Shown: piece after piece, positions 56,229-64,000 of the stretch
How the letters are laid out: each line of letters starts with the position of its first letter
Position numbering within the stretch: the first letter of the stretch is position 1
Assembly (NCBI GenBank): GCA_025594325.1
Contig: JANHCV010000002.1
Span: 1,302,001 to 1,366,000, forward strand
DNA: 64,000 nucleotides
DNA from: Blastocladiella emersonii ATCC 22665
Taxonomy: Eukaryota; Fungi; Blastocladiomycota
Direction of reading: 5' to 3'
Position numbers and translations under genes: made by a program
Notes under the pieces: model-generated
What the model was told of the DNA's origin: nothing
The model's database searches: none
Seen by the model: the letters and a program-made list of their open reading frames with translations, nothing else

Positions 56229-57264
56229 ACCACGATCCAGCGGCATTCCCGAGCCTCGCGTCCACCCATCTCCTAGTCGCCCACGCCTCAACCTTCGGCC
56301 TCACGCGTGTTCTCGACTTCTGGGTGAACTTCACGCACACGCGGGGTCTCAAGTTCAAGTTCACTGCTGGTGCAATCGAGATCGCTGCGAGGTACAGCAA
56401 CACTGCAATCCTTGATTGGTGGCGCAGCTTTTTCGCAACGCATCCCAGCGATCTCGTCCTAGGCTTGGCGCTAGTGCAAGCAAGCGATGCGGAACATATT
56501 CAAGTTCTCAATTGGTGGCTCGACGTGGCCAAATGGCCAGTACCGCATGGCCTAGCGCGCGATGCCATCAAGTCAGCGCATGAGGGTGGTCGGACCGCTT
56601 CGCTTCGTTGGTGGATACGCCAGTCTCTGCGCCTTGCAGGGGGCCAACTCGGCGTCGCACATAGCCCCCAAACTCAGGCCACATTGCGCTCCTAGTTCGC
56701 CGAACTCAGTCTGGACCGGGTGTCCATCAATGGCATCATTCCAACGCTCGAGTTTTGGCGCAAAAGCTTGATGGAGCGCAGGAAATCGAATCCAGCTGCG
56801 CGGCAATTAGTCAAATACACGTCGGACGCGATTGACGGGGCCAAGTCAGTGCAAGTGCTCGAATGGTGGCGCACCTCGGGCCTCCCTTTCAAGCGCACGA
56901 CGTGGTGCCTGTGGTCAGCTTCCGAGTGCAGCAGGATTGATGTCCTCAAGTGGCATCTCGAGGGCCCTGGTGCGTCGCTGCCAGTCAAGGATCGCGACGG
57001 CCGTACTCTGCGACGTCTCGATCCTGACCACGGTGACATGGACTGCGCGGGATCCGCCAGGTGCCTGGACTGGTGGCTCGCGTACTACAGCCGCCGCGGG
57101 GTTCCGCCCCGCTATTCGCTGGCCGCGCTCACCTATGCGCGCAAGCACCCCAACAAGGACGAAATCCTTGCCTGGTGGAGGGAGTCACGGTTGCAGAAGT
57201 ACGGGTCGTATCGCTATATTTGACGTTGTCAGGTCCGCCATTGTATTCCGATAATCGGGACCAA

Positions 57265-58334
57265 TTACTGGCCCTTATACTGCGGCTTGCGCTTCTCGGC
57301 GAACGCCTTGAGGCCTACACGCGTGTTGTACCAGTCAGCAATTTGCTCGCGCGAGTGATCGAATGGAGAAGCACTGTACCCTCGAGCCGGTCCTGGGTCG
57401 GGATCACCTGGGCGTAGCACTTCTGCTCGATGGCGAGACCCGACGCGAGGTCGACCTCAGTGCCCTCGTCGACGGCGCGCTTGGCCATCCGAAGGGCGAT
57501 CGGACCCTGGGGCACGATCTCGCGAGCGAGCGCGATCGCTGCGTCCTCGCCGCGCTCAGCGACGCGGTTGACGAGGGCGATCTGGAGGGCCTCCTCGGGC
57601 AGCACGACGCGGCCCGTGAACATGAGCTCCTTGGCGCGGGGCACGCCGATGAGGCGGGGCAGGCGCTGGGTGCCGCCGGCGCCCGGGATGATGGCGAGCT
57701 TGGTCTCGGGGAGGCCGAGGCGGGCGCCGGTGCCGGCGGCGCGCAGGTCGCAGCACAGGGCGAGCTCGAGGCCGCCGCCGAGCGCGGCGCCGTCGAGGGC
57801 GGCGATCGTGGGCGTCCGCAGGTTCTGCAGCTCCGAGAAGCTCGCGCGCAGCGACGAGACGAAGGACGATACCTCGTCGGGCGTCATGGTCTTGCGCTCC
57901 TTGAGGTCGGCGCCCGCGCAGAACACCTTGTCGACCAGACTGCGCACCACCACGACGCGCGTCGCCGGGTCCGCGCGCAGGTGCGCCAGGCACTCGCGGA
58001 ACTCGGCGAGGAACTGCCGCGACAGCGCGTTCTTGGCCTTGGGCCGGTTGAGCGAGATGACCGAGATGCCTGGTCGATGAGCGGCGGGCAATCAGCCGAG
58101 GCGATCGCGCGCGCAAGTCGACGTCCACGTCCACGTCGGCAGCGACGTACCGGCGTCGTCGCCCTGGAGCGGGGTGACGTAGCACTCGCGGTCGGCCGAG
58201 GTCACATCCTTGGTCGACGAGGCCGTCGACACGAAGCGGAAGGCGGCGCCGCGGGTCGCCGCGCGGGCGGCGGCGGCGGGCGTAGCCGACGCGGACACCC
58301 GGGCCGTGGTGCGGAGCAGCTGGCGAGCAAACAT
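57265..58334 (-). CDS. Mitochondrial enoyl-CoA hydratase/methylglutaconyl-CoA hydratase (AUH-like); introns 58070-58150 and 57315-57379
   Basis: Presequence MFARQLLR; [71 protein letters not shown]. Confidence 0.9.
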
Positions 58335-58624
58335 GGTGATACGTTGCAATGAGTGAGGTGCTTAAAGGGAAGAAAGAGAGGGAGAGCGGAGCAAGGCGAG
58401 CTTGAGGGGGCCGGGCGCTCGGGCGGCGGCGACGAGCGGATCCCCAACATCACCTGATATTCCGGCGCGCCTGAAACGAAACGAGAGACGCGCTGCGCCA
58501 CAGCAAGGAAGGCGTGAGACTGAGAATGATTCAATTGCAATACGGAGGGGGCGGTAAGGTGAGAGGAGCGCCACGACGGCGACTCCGGACAAGACGTGAA
58601 GGAATGAGGGAGAACACACACGCT

Positions 58625-61600
58625 CTAGCGGACGTGCAGCTGCGCCGCGGTGCCGAAACACTCGAGTGCGGGCTCCTTGTCGGCGTCCATGATCATCGAC
58701 TTGGGGATCCCGAGGCAGAGGTCGTTTCCGGGCGCGCACGTCGCATCGGACATGAACCACGTCTGCGCCGCGCGCAGGGCGTTCACCGTGGCGAGCGTCG
58801 CGTTGCCCGGCCCGACCGGGTGCGGGCACCGCGGGTGCACGTACAGGACGGCGCGCTCGCACACGTCGGGGGTCTCGCCGCACCCGATGTTGTGCGGGAG
58901 GACCGTGGTGTAGTCGCGGACAGCGGCCTTGCCCGCGGCCGACGCCTTGCGGCACGCCTCGCGCGACAGGCAGAACTCGGCGTTGGTCGCGAGCACGCGG
59001 GTCCACGCCGCGGGCACGTCGTCGTTGCTGGTGATCTCCGACGACAGGAACGCGCGCAGGAACGCCTGGGTCCCGGGCGTCGCGCGGTACATGGCCGCGT
59101 CGAGCTCCGCCGCGCTCGTCGCCGCGCCCTTGTCCCACGCCATGGCCACGTCGGCGCCGATCGGGTCGAGGTAGCTGCTGTACGACGACCACACGTCGCG
59201 CACGTACGCCATGTCGGGCCGCGTCAGGTGCACCGAGAACCCGAGCCGCGTCAGCTCGTACGCGACGCGCATGTTGGTCCACGACACGAGCGGCGCCACC
59301 TCGTCGTCGCCGCCACCGTCGAGCTGCGCCGCGTCCGGCGCCGGTACCGAGTCGGGACTGACGGCAGCAGCGGGCTCGGCCTTGCCCGACGCCGAGAACG
59401 CGCGCGCGTCAAAGCACGGCATGTTGAGCGACCGGTGACACTCTTCGAGGCTCGCGTCGTCGTCCACAACGAGCAGGATCGCGGGCGACTTGCCGTGCTT
59501 GACGAGCGAGTAGACGAGGTTCTCGGTGATCCGGCGGTGCGCCGCGCGGTACGGCACGACCGACAGCTGCTTGGACGCCGCCGCACTCGTCTCGAACGCC
59601 GCGTGCGCGAGCGCCGAGAGGTCGCGGGCGAGCGGGCGGTACCGGAACTCGAGCGTGCCTGGCGGCAGGAGCCACGGCGTGGCGGCGAGGTTCTTGACCA
59701 TGGCGACGATCTCGGGCCGCGCCGCCACGTCCTCGGGGTGCAGCGCGTCGTGGATCAGCTGGCGCATCTCGGTCGTGAAGTCGCGCTCGGCGCGGAACCC
59801 GAGCAGCTTTTTGGCCTTGCACGTATCGGCGAGCGTGCCGATCAGGTCGTTGCGGCGCTCGCCGACGTGCCGGTGCTCGGGCGAGACGAGGTCCGCGACC
59901 TCGTGCACCGAGTGCCCGACGCCCGTCCCGCTGTTGATGACCAGCCCGTGCAGCGGGCTCTGCTGCGCGAGGATTAGCGACTCGCCAATGTCCTTGACGT
60001 GGATGAAGTCGCGGTAGTGCGACCCGTCGCCCTCGATGGGCAGCGGCACGCCCTGCTTGAGCTTGTCGACAAAGATGCCCGTTACAATCGCGTACCCGCC
60101 CGACGTCGGCTGCCGCGGGCCGTACACCATGAAGAACCGGACCGAGACCGTCTTGAGCCCGAAGATGTTGTCGTACATCTCCATCTGCGTTTCGCCCTCG
60201 TACTTGGTCGCCGCGTACGGCGTTAGGAGGTTGGGCGCGTCGATCTCGGACATGGGCACCTTGCCGTTGCCGTAGTACGTCGAGCTCGCCGCGTACACGA
60301 CCTTTTTGACGTTGGCGTTGCGCGACGCGTTGAGCACGTTGATGGTCCCGTAGACGTTGGTGTCGAGGCAGAACTTGGCCATGTCGGGGTCCTTCATCGA
60401 CGGCGCCACCTTGGACATGGCCGCGAGGTGGTACACGTAGTCGACGCCGTCGATCGCCCCGGCGACCTTGGGCTTGTCGAGAATGTCGCCGTACATGAAC
60501 TCAAAGTCCGGGTTGGCCGACTACACGTTTGCCTTGCGTTAGCGGTTGGGCGGTGGGACGAAGAGTGAGAGCGCGCGCGTACCAGGTTGGCGATGTTGCT
60601 TATGTAGCCCGTCGAAAGATTATCGAAAACGCGGACCTTGTAGCCGAGGTCGAGCAGCGACTCGACGAGGTTGGACCCGATGAAGCCCGACCCGCCCGTG
60701 ACGAGCACCTTGGTCCCGGGCGACGGCTCGGGCCGGCGCCGCTCAAACTTGAGGTCGTGGCACGGGTCGCGGCCCGCCGTCGCGTGGTTGATGGAGGACC
60801 GCAGCACGTACGTCTGGAGCGACGCCGAGACGAGGAAGGTGACGGCGACCAGCGCGCCGAGCCAGTCGACGAGCGTGCGGTGGCGCGAGAGCGCGGCGCG
60901 GACCTTGCCGCGGACAACACACGCGGAAGCCGAAGTGTCGGTGGAGAGCGGGTGGTGCGCACGCGTCGGATGCTGCTGCTGGCCCGCCGACTCCTCGGTC
61001 AGTGCGACCGTCTCCATGTCCTGGTCCGGCGACGGGCTAAGCGGGACCTCGGCCTCGTCGATGACGGTCGCGGGCGCGAGGGTCGCGTACGACGAGGAAG
61101 TCGACGACGCGTCGAGTCCGAAGCTCTGGCCATGCGATGAACGCACAGCGCGCAGCTGTGGGACCGCGCGGAACACGAGCGCCGCGGTCGGGACGGCCAT
61201 GAGCGTGAACGAGAGGACGACCATCATGCGCGTCGACTCCGAGTCGATGGCCTCGGGCCACCACGCGACGAAGCCGACGAGGAACTGCGCGAGGATCAGC
61301 GGGAGGATGTGGAAGAGCGGTGACGACGGCGCGAGCGAGCTCGAGTACGTGGAGCGGACGCGCGAGGCGCACAGCGCGAGGAGGGCGGCGTTGAAGACGA
61401 GCGAGGCAATGTTCGAGGCGCCGTTGCGCAGCGACTGGTCGGCCGAGACGCCCGTGGCGAGGAGCGTGCCGCCGAGCACCACGGTCGCAACGATGAACTG
61501 GCGCGGGAGCGCGCAAGCCGAGGCGGTGGTCTTGGGCAGCGGGTCCGAGAGGCTCTCGCTGGGCGCGTCCGAGCTGGTGGCGATGTTGAGGAAGATGGAT

Positions 61601-62301
61601 GAGCTTGCGCCCAGGGCGGCGAGCGAGCCGAGCGCGGACCACGAGAGCGTCGAGGACAGCGAGAGGAACAGAATGGCGAAGCCGATCATGAGCGACGAGC
61701 TCTTCCACGAGCCGAGCCCGCGAGCGGCGGCCGAGGCGTGGGCCTCGAACACTCGGCCGCCCGACGGCGGCCCGTCCAGCTTCTCCATGTCGTGGTCATG
61801 GTCGTGGTGGTGCGCCGACGAGGTCTGCTTGGCGTAGTGCACGCCGACGACGGTCGTCTACACTCGGGTCGCAGGTGAGTTGAAGAGGTCGATCGCGATA
61901 CTCGCAGCAGATCGTACGAGGACAGCGTAGGCAAAGAACGGGTCAGCGAGCTCGGTGGTCGTGTTGAAAGCCACGAGCCAGACACTCATGAGCAGGCCCT
62001 GCGCCGCGGCGGCGAGCCAGTTGACGTCGGCGGACGCGAGCAGCGACCCCGTGGCCAGCTGGACCAGGGTGAGGGTGGTCACCTCGGCCAGGGCCAGCGA
62101 AACGGACGAGCTGGTGGCCTCATGGTCGGGGTTCGAGAGCAGGAACGAGAGAAGTCTAGAAACCGCCGCGATCGGCCGTCACGTCAGCGTCGGTCGTGGC
62201 CAGAGCGAGCTGGAGGCTTCATACAGGCTGCGGTTCATCCACGCGAGGACCCCGACGGCCAGCGGCGCGGGCCGCGGTAGAGCCCATACACCGCGAGGCA
62301 T
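58625..62301 (-). CDS. Fusion protein: multi-TM (DMT/nucleotide-sugar-transporter-like) + extended SDR NDP-sugar epimerase + nucleotide-diphospho-sugar transferase-like (GT77/PF03407-like) domain; introns 62156-62224, 61858-61917, 60521-60582
   Basis: Three canonical introns (GTATGA, GTACGA, GTACGC donors) join one frame from ATG 62301 to the stop at 58625; about ten hydrophobic helices, then [40 protein letters not shown]; C-terminal LVVDDDAS..C...[30 protein letters not shown]. Confidence 0.78.
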
Positions 62302-62498
62302 GGTGGTAGACGGTGGAGGGTGTCGCGAGCGAGAGCGGCGAGGGGCGACTGACTGATCACACTCGACGCGCGGCGGAGTGCATGCATTTAGCTTCCATCA
62401 GGAAGCGGTGAAGAGAACCGGCGCCGGTCGCCCGCGCGGAAGTCGGACTCCCACGGGTCCGCGTCGCGGCGTCGCGGCGAGGCGGATCGGCCGCGACG

Positions 62499-62657
62499 AC
62501 GCGTGATCCACGACGCGTCTCCCACCCGTGTCTCGCGCGCGGCGCGGTTCACACGGTGACGCGTCGGCCGCCACGTGAGCGCACCTGATCAACGCGTCGT
62601 TCGCGTTCGCGGGGGAGACGTCACGCGATGTCACGCTGACGGAACGCGTCTCCCACC
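62499..62657. promoter_or_regulatory. Cluster of five ACGCGT (MluI/MCB-like) sites in a divergent promoter
   Basis: ACGCGT at 62499, 62513, 62559, 62592 and 62644; 14-bp direct repeat ACGCGTCTCCCACC at 62513 and 62644. Confidence 0.45.
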
Positions 62658-62947
62658 GACGCGACGCGCCGCGCCCCTCGAGCACGCACGCGCGAGACGG
62701 ATCACCCCTTGCTTGTTCTCGCGCCGCGTCCCGCCGTCGCCCTCGCTGTCTGTCTTGGCACGATCCTTGGCCACGACCGCACACCCCACGCCACCACGAC
62801 TGGCAGGGTACGCGCACCCAATCTCTCCTCCTCTCTCGGACGCACGGCCGAACGCACTGACATCTCATCCCATCCACCGACACTCACGCACTCACTTTCA
62901 TCTCGCGCGCTCTCTCACCCACAGTACTCCCCACCTTCACCCTCGCC

Positions 62948-64000
62948 ATGAACATCAGGACGCGTCTCGTCGCCGGGGCGCGCCCCTGGCCCATCGGCTA
63001 CGTGTTTGCGTCGGCCGGCGCGCTGCTGCTGACGCGCAACCTGGTCCAGCGGACCGCCGAGTTGCCCGTGGCGCAGGCGACGCCGTTCCTGGTCGTGGCG
63101 GTCCAGTACGCGCTGCTGTCGTGGCTGCTCGCGCTGGTCCCGAGCTCGACGCGCAGCACCAAGCTCATCGACGTCGAGTCGCAGTCGTGGGCCGAGTGGA
63201 CGCGCAGCACGCTGCCGTGGGGTCTGCTCGTCGGCCTCGGCGCCCTCGCGCAGACGCACGCGCTCGGCGCCATGGGCCCCGCCGCCTCGCTCACCGTCTT
63301 TCTCCTGTCGCGCCTCCTGATCCGCTCGCTCGTGTTCCCGGCCGCCGCCAACGCCACGCAGGCGTCGGGGCTCGCCATGCAGACCCAGATGATGGCCGGC
63401 CTTATGTTTGTCGGCGGCGGCGTCGCCATGGCGATCGCCCGCGCGTCGGCCGACTCGGCCGCGCTCTCGCTCATCTACGTCGTGTCGCTCATCACGGTCC
63501 ACGTCGCGTCCGCGTGGGCGTACGAGGCCCACCTCTCGGCGCTCCACGCCAAGGCCGGCTCGGCGCTCGCCCCGTCCCCGACCCACGCGCTCGGCAGCGT
63601 CGTGTCCCGCGCCGCGTGCGACCTCGAGCTGCTCGGCTCCGTCTCCACTGTACGATCATTCTGCCGAACCATCTTAGTAGCACACGGACTGACCCTCATC
63701 TCTCCCCGACAGATCGTGAGCGCCATGTCTATCCTCGGCTTCGTGCTCTTCGACCGGTCGGCGCTGGCCACGTCGCTCAACCACGCCAAGTTCCCGCTGT
63801 TCACGCTGACGATTCTCGGCACGGCCACGGCGCTCGCGCACCTGTGCAAGCAGCAGGACGACATCGAGCTCGGTCTGCGCACCCCGGCCATGATCGAGCC
63901 GACGCTCGCGCCGCCGCCGCCCGTCCTCGCGCGCCGCCTGATCCGCGACATTGCCGCGGCCTCGGTCGCATGGCTCGCGGGCACCCCGGCCGACGCGGCC
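62948..64000 (+). CDS. Multi-pass membrane protein (DMT/nucleotide-sugar-transporter-like), runs off the window; intron 63650-63712
   Basis: ATG 62948, open to the window end; at least eight hydrophobic helices; 63-bp in-frame GTACGA...CAG intron with CTGAC branch; absent from the ORF track because it has no stop in the window. Confidence 0.65.
   Translation, partial: MNIRTRLVAGARPWPIGYVFASAGALLLTRNLVQRTAELPVAQATPFLVVAVQYALLSWLLALVPSSTRSTKLIDVESQSWAEWTRSTLPWGLLVGLGALAQTHALGAMGPAASLTVFLLSRLLIRSLVFPAAANATQASGLAMQTQMMAGLMFVGGGVAMAIARASADSAALSLIYVVSLITVHVASAWAYEAHLSALHAKAGSALAPSPTHALGSVVSRAACDLELLGSVSTVRSFCRTILVAHGLTLISPRQIVSAMSILGFVLFDRSALATSLNHAKFPLFTLTILGTATALAHLCKQQDDIELGLRTPAMIEPTLAPPPPVLARRLIRDIAAASVAWLAGTPADAA

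Larger units (their letters stand above)
54121..57223 (+). pseudogene. Paralog of the 40877 F-box-like/ankyrin-like gene, disrupted by two nonsense codons and a mobile-element insertion
   Basis: LPLEIID start; colinear similarity with the 40877 protein (EDSILSVLAWW..H|DPAAFPSL vs EDATLAVLDWW...EDPASFPDL; RIDVLKWHLEGPGASLP vs RIDLLEWHLNGPGAHLP); in-frame TGA 54421-54423 and TAG 56693-56695; frame restored when 54694-56233 is removed. Confidence 0.85.

Noticed and set aside
1-64000. Hundreds of long overlapping Arg/Ala/Pro-rich ORFs in the six-frame track (e.g. 540-1739, 2881-5106, 11569-13902, 22228-24852, 30436-33735)
   Set aside because: Shadow ORFs caused by high GC and stop-poor alternative or antisense frames of real genes; where they contain real motifs these belong to spliced exons of the genes listed.
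1-64000. tRNA, rRNA or CRISPR arrays
   Set aside because: None recognisable by inspection; a tRNAscan-SE/Infernal run would be needed to exclude small RNAs.

Overview
GC-rich, intron-containing eukaryotic DNA. Short (mostly 55-90 bp) GT-AG introns with GTACGY/GTGCGY donors and CTAAC/CTGAC-type branch points, a fungal Zn2Cys6 factor and an axonemal dynein intermediate chain point to a zoosporic fungus; Blastocladiomycota-like is my inference. Gene models below were built by hand from splice signals. Positions ~1-40.7 kb and ~57.3-64 kb are dense, mostly housekeeping genes: 2OG-Fe(II) oxygenase, SCY1-like, CDC73, ATP14, STK32-like kinase, MAK5, KH protein, ELP3, Zn2Cys6 TF, a secreted sugar-dehydrogenase/PKD/FN3 protein, BAT1, JmjC, DNAI2, RXT3, DCAF4-like, PHB1, UCH, a stand-alone ABC ATPase and an AUH-like hydratase. 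Positions ~40.8-57.3 kb form an accessory, partly decaying island: three genes sharing an LPLE[LI][IL]D N-terminal motif, a 7TM-like remnant, a host-like integrase-zinc-finger gene and a Helitron Rep fragment. The standout is a 1,535-bp element (54694-56228) with identical 186-bp terminal INVERTED repeats, TG...CA ends and a 5-bp TSD (ACCAC). It encodes only a Ty3/gypsy-like Gag followed by a -1 slippery site, and it interrupts a paralogous ankyrin-like gene. The window ends with a membrane-domain + NDP-sugar epimerase + GT77-like fusion gene head-to-head with a second DMT-like membrane gene.
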